Under the pieces are notes generated by a model that worked only from the letters and a program-made list of their open reading frames with translations, was not told where the DNA came from and did no database searches. A stretch of DNA of 64,000 nt from Podarcis liolepis (taxonomy: Eukaryota): the NCBI GenBank assembly GCA_965112155.1, contig OZ218112.1. The stretch is one strand, 5' to 3'. How positions within the stretch are numbered: position 1 is the first letter of the stretch; every line of letters starts with the position of its first letter. The translations under genes were made by a program, and so were the position numbers. Shown one piece after another: positions 41,501 through 53,241 of the stretch.

Positions 41501-41822
41501 TCTAGATCTACTTTCCTGGCTGCAGTCATAAAACCATTTAGCTTTGTGTAGTAGATCAATAGTACAATTCCATGCATGTCTACTCAGACGTATCACCCAA
41601 TGTGTTCAATGGGGCTTGCCCCCACACTATTGCTCCCATTTAGAGTAACATGGGAGTAGTGAGAGAGGCTGCAATGACTAGCTATGCTCTCAGTGTTGTG
41701 TGAACTTTTGGGATCCTCCCTGCAGTTGTTTCGAGGTAAAAGCCCAACTTCTTGCTCAACATGGAAGCTGGAATGGCTGAACAGAGTTCCTGCTAAGTGT
41801 GCATAGATCAGAAGTTTGAATT

Positions 41823-42069
41823 TGTTATGTACTGAAGTTCTCACCCTGGGCCAGCAGGGGGGTACTGTAGATAGTTATGCAAATGAAGGATCAAAAGTGA
41901 CGTTCAGTGATTGGATAGTTTTAGAAAGTTGTTACAGTAACAAGGTACTGGAGCTCTATGTAAGCAGGCTGACTGAGCCCTTCAGTTCAGTTCAGTTCTG
42001 GCCTCAGAATAAAGAAGAGCTGTTTGAAGAATCGCTGTGTCGTCTGATATGTTCACCCACAACTTAACA
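41823..42069 (+). mobile_element. Solo LTR (247 bp) of an LTR retrotransposon
   Basis: TGTTA...TAACA termini; perfect 5-bp TSD GAATT (41818-41822, 42070-42074); internal ATGCAAAT (41877-41884), TATA-like tatgtaa, AATAAA (42008-42013). Confidence 0.88.
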
Positions 42070-43914
42070 GAATTGCTGTAATGTGTACACCATTTTCTAT
42101 ATATCAGGGATAGGGCCTATTTCCCCCTCCAAAAAAACCCCAAACCTTGTCAAACTTACAATTCAAATCTGCTGCAGCCAACACAGCCAGCAGTCAGAAA
42201 TGATGGGAGCTGTAATTCAACAACATCTGGAGGGCCACGGGTTAACCACTCTTACAAATGGACTACCATACATAGCATATTCCTATAGCATATTCCTAAA
42301 CTTTCATAGCAGCATGATTTCCTACTAGGGTTGTGTGTAGAGGATTTGTGGGATTCTCACTTTCCTCTGCATGGAAAGCTTTGTGTGTGAGCACGCAATG
42401 GCATGCCACGAATGGAGAAAATAAGAAGCAGCATTTTAAATCATGGATTCTGCTTGAAAATGCAGAGAAATAGGCTGAGAAAGCAGCATTCAACAGAGAT
42501 TAGAAAAACAGAAAGATCAAAAAGGAAAACAATCCCTGAATGTGCTTCAAAGACTTGCAGAAGCCAAAAAGAGGTTAAATTTAATGGACACTCAGAGAAA
42601 TGTGCAGCACATCAGATGATCCTTCTTTGAAATGGAAAGAAATTGTGGGTAGGGGTGTGTCATTAGCTCACACCTTAGCAAAACAATAGAAGGAAACATT
42701 AATTTCCCATGTTTGAAAAAGTGATAGTTCTTCTCTTTATACAAACACAGAAGAAAGTATTCAAATACTCTCTTCATTTCATAAGCAATTATGTGACACA
42801 ATATCCAGATAAGAAGCAATAGTAGCTTTTCTTCCCCACCTGATTAATTGAACACAACCTCTCCTGGCATATTTTAACAATATATTTACTGCAGCATAAA
42901 CTTTTATGGTCTAGAGATCCATAGAAGTATATGTCACAAGAAAGGTAGCCTTAAAATGCCTGGAAGATTCCCAGACTGGTTTAACAACGAACCCTTCTGC
43001 ACACAGAACTCTGGTAATTGTAGCTCTGTGAGGGGAATGGGGGTTTCCTAACAACTCTCAGCACCCTTAATAAAGAAATGTCCATAGTTCTTTGGGGAAA
43101 ACCATAACTGTTTAAAGTGATATCATAGTGTTTAAATGCATGGCATGAATGTGGCCTAACACAAGTAACCCTCCAAAAGTTTTTACCTATTAACTAAGTT
43201 ATGGATGCACCAATATTGGTAGAGATTGACTGAATGGGTCAGTTTAAATGGTTTTAAATTGTTTTTAATGCTGTAACCTGCCCTGGGACCTTAGGGTGAA
43301 GGGTGGGTAATCAATAAATTGATAACTAATCACATTAATTTGGAGGATGTTCAAATTTAAAATGAGATCCATTCTGAGATATTGTGATACCACAGCTCCA
43401 TCACATACTTGCATTCTGGATTACCGACAGCTCTCTCCACAATCCTTCTCCCTATGCAAATTAATTGAGGCAGGGAAAGCTCCTGGTGGGTATAAGATGC
43501 AAGGTTCAAGTAATAAGCAGCTAGCTGCTTTTGAGTCCTGAATTCCAAGGTCTCGATGGGCATCCTGTGGAGCCTTCTGCAACAGAAAAACCTATTTCTC
43601 CCGCAAGCTTTCAAAGAGAAGACTTGTGAGGAGGTGTGCCTGACAATGAGCCCATTTGGATCCACTTCAATTCAGAGAGGAGAATGGAGGGAATCTGGAA
43701 TCAATCCTAAAATAGGTTTTAGGGTTGTAGATCAAAGATCAGATTTCTGGCTTAGGAGACTTTCCTGTATCCAGCACTGCTTTCTGTTGCATCGGTTGCA
43801 CCTGGCCAAAAACAATCAATCATTAATGGGCTGGGAAAGGATAGCAGTTAATTAGCAAGAAGACTTATAGTAATTGGTAATTGCAGATTTAAGTGTTGTC
43901 TCAAGTTATTAGAG

Positions 43915-44115
43915 CAGTGGTGGCCAAACTTTTTTTCAAAGAGGGCCAGATTTGATGAATTGAAGGGCCATGAGGGCCGACCAAAGGGCCAACCAGAGTT
44001 GTTGAGCTTTCTTTAGGATTGAAATTGTTGAGCGTTTTTTAGGGTTGAAGTTGTTGGACTTCTTTTAGGATTTTACCCCAGGAAATAAACTGCTACAGGG
44101 AATGGATTAAACCAA
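43915..44115 (+). mobile_element. hAT-like element fragment with an internal ~26-bp tandem repeat (3 copies)
   Basis: Left end cagtggtggccaaacttttttt; unit gttgttgagctttctttaggattgaa repeated at ~43998-44072; no right TIR found. Confidence 0.6.
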
Positions 44116-45127
44116 CCAGCAGACTTTGTACATCCCTGTATTAGAGCTAAGACTCTATCCTTTGGCTTGTTCATGTGGTCACTTTCATTTCTGTATTTTT
44201 TTTCTGCTACCCTGCCCATCAAAAAAGGGCCTCCTGTTCTAGGCCTACGAAATGAGTAACAATACTTTATATTAAACAAATAAGAACTTAGCATGACTGA
44301 TTTGCATGCCACAGGTGCCAGGTTCAAATTTCCTTACATCTCTAGGTAAGGACCCCTGCCTGAAACCCTAATACGGGTCAGTGTAGAGACAATGCCAAAT
44401 TGGATGTGCCAAGGGCCTTATTCTGTATGCATTCTCCACATTATTGCCCCTACAAGGCTGGATTCAGGACGAAGGAAAAACTAAATTAAAATAAAATAAT
44501 AAAAAAAACCTGTTTGGGGGTACCACTGAAGAGAACTCAGAAATGCCAAATCCTGCACAGATTGGAGCATATAAATCCAATATTATTTCAGTTGAACCAC
44601 TTGGTTTCTGGGCTCAATCCAGCAGGGATGTGCTTGTAGTTCTATGGTAGGGTCTGATGGGGAATCTCAGACCTGATGGACCTCCAGCCCTCTCTAAATG
44701 GCCTTTTGGACTGCCCGCAGGCCACACACCCTTACACTCCCCAACACCCATGCTTAACAGTGTTTTTGCCTGGCTGGGATTTATCCTTTAACTCTGATAC
44801 AGACTCTCCAAGTGTCCCTATTTTCAAGGGGCAGTCCTGGATTTACAGAAGCCGTCCTGGTTTCTGAGTTGATACTGGAATGTCCTACTTTTCCTTAGGA
44901 CGTCCCTATTTTCACCAGATGCCAGAGGGTATGGAGTTATGCGACCCCCTGAGCCAAGGGAATCAGTAACTATACAACCTTTAAAAGGCATCTGAAGGTA
45001 GCCCTGAATAGGGAAGTTTCTTTAATGTCTAATGTTTTGTTATGCTTTTATATATTTTGGAAGCTGCGTGGCTAGGGCAACCCAGATGGGTGGGATACAA
45101 ATAACAAAATTAATATTATCGTGGAAT

Positions 45128-45822
45128 AAAGGTAAAGGTAAAGGGACCCCTGACCATTAGGTCCAGTCGTGGCCGACTCTGGGGTTGCGGCGCTCATCTT
45201 GCTTTATTGGCTGAGGGAGCCGGCGTACAGCTTCCAGGTCATGTGGCCAGCATGGCTAAACTGCTTCTGGCGAACCAGAGTAGCACATGGAAATGCCGTT
45301 TACCTTCCCGCTGGAGTGGTACCTATTTATCTACTTGCACTTTGACGTGCTTTCAAACGGCTAGGTTGGCAGAAGCAGGGACCGAGCAACAGGAGCTCAC
45401 CCCGTTGCGGGGATTCGAACCGCCGACCTTCTGATCGGCAAGCCCTAGGCCAGGGGTCTGCAACCTTTAAGACAAAAAGAGCCACTTGGACCCGTTTCTG
45501 AAGGGGAAAAAAACTGGGAGCCACAAAACCATTGCGACATTTAAAACAAATATATCTCCGGAGCTGCGATCTGACAGCGGGCGGGAAGGTGACGTCGGGA
45601 CGGTGCGTGACTAACGCACGCACTGCCTCCATGCGACGTCACAGCCAGTACAGCGCCCGCCACAGTGGGGAGTGTCGGGGCGCACAATGCGCCTCCTCCC
45701 CTCGCTAGTATCTGCCCCGGAGCCGCGGCAAAGGTGTAAAAGAGCCACATGCGGCTCCGGAGCCGCGGGTTGCAGACCCCTGCCCTAGGCTCTGTGGTTT
45801 AACCCACAGTGCCGCCCGCATC
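45128..45822 (-). mobile_element. Sauria SINE, near full length, interrupted by the hAT element
   Basis: (ACCTTT)n tail seen as aaggtaaaggtaaagg; body gtttaccttccc..gtacctatttatctacttgcac; tRNA-like B box (ggttcgaatcc on the minus strand) near 45412-45422. Confidence 0.9.
45451..45782. mobile_element. Young non-autonomous hAT element (332 bp) inserted in a Sauria SINE
   Basis: Perfect 15-bp TIR CAGGGGTCTGCAACC; perfect 8-bp TSD CCCTAGGC (45443-45450, 45783-45790); very CpG-rich. Confidence 0.95.
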
Positions 45823-48800
45823 GGACACTCCCATTTTCATCGGAGAAATGAATAGTGCTTCTTGCTTGTCTGTACAGAGAGAGATGTGCGGATGTGTAGA
45901 AACCTAGCCTACTGTAGAAAACTAAAATTCACATTCATTGCTCCGCCCACTCTTGCCTCTGTTCTCTGGAATGTGACCCTTAGGCTGTACAAGCTTCCCC
46001 ACCCCTGCTCCATGGTATAACAACCCATGTCCTATCCTTGGCACCTCTGTTTAAAAAGAGAATCAGGTAGCAGGTGATCCAAAAGAGTCTGCCAGAGAGT
46101 CACAGCTGGTCTGATCAAATAACACTGAACAGATGTACAAATAGCCTTGACTTAAGGCAGCTTATTGTGTTTTGGCTATTGTGATGTTAGCTGCTTTTGG
46201 ATATAGTGATGGCTTTTGTGCTGTGCAGGTTTTTTTTTTTTTACGAATGTAATTTGCTTATGCTATTTTAAACCTTTACAGTAATCCCAAGGCAGCTTAT
46301 AAAGTGGCATAAATAGAGTGGGTTAAAACCCTCAAAAATAAATAAGAATAAATAAGACCCAAACCTTTAGGACAAACTCTGAGCCCTAGGCTGACATCTG
46401 ATCATAGCAATATGCCGGGTTCATAATGGCTGTTCTTGAAACAGATCCTCATGGGAGCAGAGCAAAGAAAGCATCTATTTGACTACAGAAGCAAGAAATC
46501 TCCTTTGCCCAGATAAGAAAAAACTCTACATAAATGAGGCAGTAGCTCCTGTATCAATCCTCAAGGATTGCTAAGGGATATTTAGCTTTATGTACTATAC
46601 TTGAACTGTGCTTCTTAACACAGATTCAAAAGAGTGAGTATATTGTAGCGGGGAGGGGGGTAGGGGGTGGACAAATTCAAAATCCCCAGATAATTGGTAT
46701 TATAAACAGCCCAGCCCACCATTGTTCATCAGCATCGTTTAGAAAACCAGTTTCATCCTTGATATGTTTACTGTTTCATCTTGATATGTTTACTGTCCAC
46801 TGGATAGCAGTAAATTGGAATTTCACAGAAGTGTATCTGTACTGCTTTGCTGACCATTGTGTCATTTTAATACGTTCACTCAACAAATCTAAAAAAAAAG
46901 TTTTAAACAGAGCCATTGCAGTTAATTTTTACACCGTGATTAGGTTATGCATCCAAGAAGGGGATATGAATCAGGCATAGATAGTTAAGAGGCTGGAAAT
47001 GATCCTTTATCCATGTCTGTGTTAGGGAGAAATTGGGTGTAAAAGATTTAACACAGATGCAAAGACACAAAATTACGGTGGGGGGGGGCAGAGAGACCAA
47101 TGGGAAAGGGAAGATGTAAACAAGAATGAACGATTGAATAATGCAGGCCACTTCAGACATGGATGAGAGGCACTAAAGATTTGAAATAAATTATACCTTA
47201 AAACGATTCAATAAAAATCAGAATTGTAGTGCAGTAATCAGGCGACATATTGGGAGGGAGGGGGGGAAATATAGCCTATAAAAAGCAGAAGGGATTTTCG
47301 ACTGCTGCAGCATATTAGCTCCTGTGGAGAAATACGTGCAGCCAGGATGAGGTGATAACACACCAGCCAAAGGCAGCTGGATGTACGTTTTCCAAGGAAG
47401 AGAACTGCAGAAATTGTCATCCTCAAGCAGAGAACAAAGTGGAGATGAAAAATAAAAACAATGAATGCAATTGTCAACAGAAGTGAAGATAAACATAACA
47501 CTGAATGAAGTAGTGGAAGTTGGGGGATGGGGGAGGCACAGCTTATCTTTCTTCCTCCCCCCCCCCCGCCCAATAAAATGTGTGTGGGGTATGGAGACAG
47601 CACAGCACACCTCTCTTAAGCAAGCACATGCACCCATACAAAAATATCAATGGGCAAATGAGTAGTTCTTTGCTGCAGATATACAGCAATGTTGTGGTTC
47701 CCCAAAAATCAATTTATGCTGGTTTAGTTGCACTGGGCAACTGGTACTACAACAAAGGCACTGGTGTTGTAGGGCAGGGGGGAGGGGGCTGCGTTTCATG
47801 GCAGTTGTTTGTAGTATGAGCACTATGAGGAAATGTGCCTCCCAGCTAGCTTTATAAACAGCAGCACACCCACTGCACCCAGAGCTGGCCCGGGACATTT
47901 TGCTACTAGAGGCAAGACAGAAAATGCTGTCTCTCACTTCCTATGGTGTGTCCATGATATTCAACCATGAGCACAGCGCCAAAGGTGCGCCGGGGAGAAG
48001 GCAGAGGCACACACAGTGGAGGAGGTGGGTTAAGAAGACCTGCCCCCCCTCTCAGCTGCCCTGAGCCTGCTGCTCTGAGACCACAACCTCAACTCGCCTA
48101 ATGAGCAGGCCAGCAGTCCTGGCTCCACACGTATACTAACTGGTGCTGTGTTTGTTTTTATAACCTGAAGATTTGACAGCTGTAGTGCAATGCAGATGTG
48201 GCTGCCTTTGAATGCTGAATGAGGTTTAGGGAAGTTGGCTCCAATGGAAGGTTCGGCCCCTAATTATTTTGCTGGAGGGTTAGGGGGATCTTCCAGGAGA
48301 GTGCAGTCTGTAGGAGTGCAGTCTGTAGGAAGGTCATCCCTGCAGCAAGTAGTCTACAACATGTAAAATGATTATCCCCTGAAATCTAATCACCAGAGGG
48401 GTAGTGTGTGTGTGTGTTGCATTTGTCTTGTTCCTGTTCAAGGTTCAAGGGCTGGTCAAGAAAACTGTGACCCCTGATTCAAAGATTTCTCATCCCTAAT
48501 GTGAAGTGAGGTAGGGAACATTATTTCCAGTCATTTATCAGCACCATTTCTCTGATAATTTATTAGGATCCTGTCCTGTTGCTCTTCAAAAAGGAAAAAA
48601 GGAAATAAAAAGTCCTAAGATGATGCACATTCCTTCTCAGCCTTCAATAGTGCAGCTTCAATACTACTGATACTATGGTTGATTCTGAATTGTAATAGGT
48701 CGTTTTAATGGTTGGCGCTTGTGTATTTATTTATTTATTTGTGATTCTTTTATACTTTGCTGCATCGTGAATACTGAAGAGGGCCTTCCTCCTTGTTGTC

Positions 48801-48935
48801 CTTCTTTCTGTCGGCAGGTGAAGACTTTGTTCTAGCAGGCTTTGGGGAACTGACTGCTTTCAATGAAAGAGATGGTGTTGTGACTGTCTGTCTGTTTTTA
48901 ATATACCATCTCTCTCATAGCTCTATCCCTATCTA

Positions 48936-49104
48936 CCGTATTTTTTGCACCATAACACTCACTTTTTTCCTCCTAGAAAGTAAGGGGAAATGTCTGTGCG
49001 TGTTATGGAGGGAATGCCTACGGGTGGAATGCCTACGGATTTTCCTCCTCTAAAAACTACGTGCGTGTTATGGTCGGGTGCGTGTTATAGAGCGAAAAAT
49101 ACGG
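48936..49104 (+). mobile_element. Tc1/mariner-type MITE family D copy 2 (169 bp)
   Basis: TIR CCGTATTTTT / AAAAATACGG; TA TSD. Confidence 0.92.
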
Positions 49105-51101
49105 TATTCTCTTCTATTAAGACTTAATTTTTTTAAAGTGATTGTTTCTTCTGTGGTTTTATCTGTTTTATCTGTAAGCATCCTTGAATCCCTGTCAGGG
49201 AGAAGGACAGGATATAAATAAGTATCTAGCAATTATATATTATTACATATAAACTGAGGGGAAATAGAATATGTGTTGGCCAGCAGGTAATGGCACATTT
49301 TTCTAGTTTTCCACTACTTTGGGCAACTCTGCCCTGGAAGCGTATTACATTTCTATCCTTCCTCTTTCTACATGGGTAGTTGTAAAAAAAGGGGCAAGCA
49401 GAGCCCAGCTTACACCAGCATAGCTCCAATGGAGAAAATAACAATTTCACAAAAACTGTATCGTTTTGATGATTCCGTGTTCTTTACACCCTATGGCAAA
49501 GCTATATTGGGAAGGCCTGTGCCTACATTTTGCAGTACTGAACTAGTTGCTTTCAGGTACTGTGTTCGTTCCAGAACACGCAAAAGAATAAACAGAATCC
49601 ATGTGACCACTGTACGCATGAAAAGAAAGTTGGCTTGGCATAGCACTTGTAATTATTCTTCAATTACTTTGTAGACAAATGAACGAGGATATTGGGAGAA
49701 AAGTCTAATAAGAAAGACATTGAAAAAATGATTATATGTAATTACATGATAGTATGATGAGGGCTGATCTGAAGAGCTAAATTATGTTGATTTGTTCAGG
49801 ATTGTGGCATTGGGTTGCAAGTGATAAGACTGCTGTAATCCTTTGATTGGTGAAGAGAAATCATGTATTTTAGAATTTAGAAGTGCATAAGAAACATTGC
49901 TTTGAAGCCTCCTTATTTTTGAGGCTGTCCCTATCCACATTTGTATAAAGGCCTATTATTTTCAATTGGAATCTGCATCCTTGTCTTTTGGGTTGCTGTG
50001 AGGGATACCTCCAGCCTAGGAACCCCTTTTAAATTTCTCCAACAGCTCCAACGCTTATTCATACAGCAGGCTGCCAAGAAGACCGCCACGTGCAAATCAG
50101 TAGCTATTTTTGAAAAGGAAGTCTAGACTTAGATGGCTTTGAAATAGGATTAGAGAAATTTAAGGATGGCAGACCTATTAATGGATGATAACAGTTTGTA
50201 ACTCGCTTATTTCCTTATCCATCCCAATCCATGCCTTTCTAGATCAGGGTGGTCCAACACGTGGCCTGAGGACTGTATACAGCCCTTGAGGCCTTTATTT
50301 TTGGTCCTCAGCAATATTTGATGCCCTTCTCAAAGCTGTGTAAGCGAGGTGCTGGGCTTTGAGGAGGCATTGTAACGGTTCTGACAGGGTCCTAGAGTCC
50401 TCCTTCCTACTCCTGAAAGCCGAGATAGCACTTGCCGAGTTTTGGGAAGAAGATGGGAGAGCTCTAGGACCCTCCCAGAGCCTCAAATCTCATTCCCAAA
50501 GCCCAACACTTTGCTTGGCTGGCTTTGGGAAGGCAGCATGATGGCTAGATATGTGTGTCAAATTTTGGGCCTCCCCCCACCCTACCCTGCATGACAAAAC
50601 AGTGTGCAGCTCACGGGTTCCATGTTGAAGTACTTTTGTGACCCACTTGGTATAAAAAGTTGGACCATCCTGTTCTAGATTGTAAGACTGAAGGCATGCC
50701 TTTTAATGGAGTGATAAACAATTTTCTTCTGTAGGAAACAGAAATGCTGGACTACATTAGCTCCATTATGTAAGGTTTATCAAGCTCTCATGTTTTGCAT
50801 TATTGCACAAAATAATACAAAAGCAGTTTCTGTGAATGGTAAGGCTTTTTTTTTAAAAAAAAAGTTATAGCCATCCTGTTTTAAGATGAGTTGTCCAGAT
50901 ATGTAAAGCAATTTTTCCTACTACCTGAAAATAAATCCTATTTATATGCCAATAAAGGTTTGAGATTGAGACTGAATTGAATAGATCCTATTATTTCTGC
51001 CTCTTCATATACAATTAAGTATTTACAGTTACATTTTGGGGGGATGAGTCAAGTGTATAGAGGCATCCTTCATCCTGACACTACATCATAAAGGCTTAAA
51101 G

Positions 51102-51258
51102 CCCCCAGTGGTGAAATGGCTCAGTGCTTCCGGCTGTTAACCAGAAGGTTGGTAGTTCGAGCCCAACTAGGGACAGTTAGAGGAAGGATTCCTGCATTGC
51201 TAGGGATTGAACTAGAATACCCTCAAGGTCCCTTCCAACTCTACAATTCTATGATTCT
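51102..51258 (+). mobile_element. SINE with tRNA-Asn(GTT)-like head and CR1-derived tail
   Basis: cggctgttaaccagaaggttggtagttcgagccca resembles tRNA-Asn. Tail ggtcccttccaactctacaattctatgattct is the CR1 3' end. Direct repeat GTGGTGAAATG at 51108-51118 and 51259-51269. Confidence 0.8.
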
Positions 51259-51611
51259 GTGGTGAAATGATTTTGCCATAGACTGCAAACTTGTTAGAAG
51301 ACCCCATGAGGTGCAACATGTGCTTCTCAGAGAGGATGTACTTTGACATAAATCCTAATTCCTACCATCACACCCTTTTCTTACTAAATTTGTGCATAAC
51401 AGTACTTGGATTCCTTTCTGCAACAATATATTACACCTCTGTCTAGGCTTTGTTATCTGGATTAGGTATATTGAGGATGTAATGGTGTTGTTGTTTTTTT
51501 AAACTGACTTCAAGTTTTATGTTTTCATAACTTTAAGAGCCAGAAAAAATAATGATTCAGGTTTAATTTCTTTCCCATTTCCCATCATTTCCCCCCTCAA
51601 ACTAGAGACAC

Positions 51612-51650
<39 letters not shown>

Positions 51651-51652
51651 TT
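51612..51652. repeat. (TTTC)n microsatellite
   Basis: Direct reading. Confidence 0.97.
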
Positions 51653-51849
51653 TAAAAAAGAAGAAAAAATATGTGTGGAAGGGGGAAGAGAATATGTTTG
51701 CACTCGGGTTGCTGAAGGCAAAGATTAGTTGGCTGATGGAAAAGAAAAATTCCTTCATTTCCTTTAGCTCAAGACATTGTTGTAGTGAGATCTTCTGTAA
51801 AATATTTAACACTGCCAACACTTTGTTCTATAATGAGTTGCTTTTGTAG

Positions 51850-52520
51850 CTATAGAACAAAATGCCCAGAAGAGTCGTGGCTGTTTGCAAAGACCTGCGA
51901 TAAATAAATATATAAATAAAGGGCTGTAGCCCGGCGATGAAAATGTTCCATAATTCGTTGGTGATATTCAGCGTTAGCGTCTCCATAGGAGGAGAATCTT
52001 TTCTCTTCCCAAATTCTGTCCATGAAATGGAGCAGAATGTATTCTAAAAGCAGGATTTGAAACAAGGACATCCCCACCAACCCCCGGCTCCATCTCCCAC
52101 TGGTGACCCTGCTGAAAGAAGGCAGCTTGTTGGTCCACCACATATTTCTGTATAGCCAGAGTCAGCGGCAGTCGGGCTGTTCCTCCAAGCTGCTCTGCTG
52201 GCAAAGGCTGCAGCCCTAGTTATGCAAACAGAAGCCCCGCTGATACAAATTCAACTTAAGGACATGCAACATGGCACGCAACGGCAGCCCAGACTCCTGA
52301 ATCAAGGCTTCAATTACCCCCTGATGTGCACCAGAGGCTCCGGATGATCACTGTTTTCTCCGCCACTGCAATTTTTGGGGGGCAAGGGGGAGGGAGGGAG
52401 ACTCTGCATGCTCAGGAAGAATGCCAAGGCATCACAGAACACCAAATGCTGACTCGCCTCTAATCTCTCATGCAGCTGCTCTCTCTCTCTCTCTTGCTCT
52501 TTCTGTGCTGTCACTAAAAA
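51850..52520. promoter_or_regulatory. Candidate intronic regulatory element or internal promoter (CpG-retaining, non-repeat-like)
   Basis: About 16 CpG in ~590 bp (51875-52460) versus about 1 in the preceding ~580 bp; no TIR, TSD or tail recognised; octamer-like ttatgcaaac at ~52219. Confidence 0.45.
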
Positions 52521-53182
52521 TACTGTCTCTAGATGAACTGTCCACTATAGCTGCAAAAATTAATGCTGTGAGGGAGAGAAAAAGAACATGTTTATGTGAG
52601 CTCTTATTTGCTCTCACAGTTTTCCATATTCCATACTGTCGTTCTGATCATTTTGGTCCTCCTACCTCCCATCTTCCAACTAAGGATGTTGGACAATTCT
52701 GATGAAAATAGGAAAGGGAGCAGAAATTGCTGGTGTTCACTCATTCATCCCACATCCAGGAAAGAAATCAATCCAGATTGGTATTCGCTATTGTGTTTGT
52801 TGTTGCTTTCAGTCCACAAACAATATGTTTACTTTCCTTCCATGTGCGTTGCGTTCCCCCCCATTATGTCCCTGCCCCACATTTGTACTGCATTTCCTTG
52901 GGATGAAACAATATAATGACAATTTAACTTATGTAATATACATAATTAATTAAACAAGTCACCTAATTTTGCCACAATGGACAACAAAATGAATAATGCA
53001 GTTTTTGATGAAAGGTAAACTGCAGTGGAACAGAACCAGTGCTGCAGGCGACATATATAAGCTGTTATGGAAAACAATGCTTTTATACCTCCCTACTTCC
53101 TACAACCAGTTCTGCTCTCTGCCTCATCAGTTCCATGCACTGCTTCAACCACAACTACAACCTCCTTTGTTCAGAACTTCAT

Positions 53183-53197
53183 TTCCTTCCTTCCTTC

Positions 53198-53240
<43 letters not shown>

Positions 53241-53241
53241 T
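53183..53241. repeat. (TTCC)n/(TTTC)n compound microsatellite
   Basis: Direct reading. Confidence 0.97.

Larger units (their letters stand above)
44655..46007 (+). mobile_element. Old hAT-like host element enclosing a nested TE stack
   Basis: Its halves (ggccacacacc..tgcctggctgg..ctttaactctga / ttcttgcttgtctg..tgtagaaacctagcctactgta..ccccacccctg) join into a unit similar to ~7110-7470 and ~61010-61220. Confidence 0.55.

Noticed and set aside
42592-42819. ORF containing HFFKHG, resembling the next TENM1 exon start (HFLFKHGSG)
   Set aside because: Similarity stops after a few residues, and the position is upstream of the LETR exon (wrong order). The true next exon appears to lie beyond the left edge of the window.
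43998-44072. CRISPR-like repeat array
   Set aside because: Head-to-tail imperfect ~26-bp units without spacers, inside a eukaryotic transposon fragment; no cas genes.
45541-45782. CpG island or promoter
   Set aside because: The CpG richness is fully explained by a young hAT insertion with TIRs and an 8-bp TSD.
51102-51175. Possible tRNA-Asn gene (likewise the tRNA-Ala/Ile-like heads elsewhere)
   Set aside because: Stems are degenerate, there is no poly-T terminator, and each is fused to a SINE body or CR1 tail.
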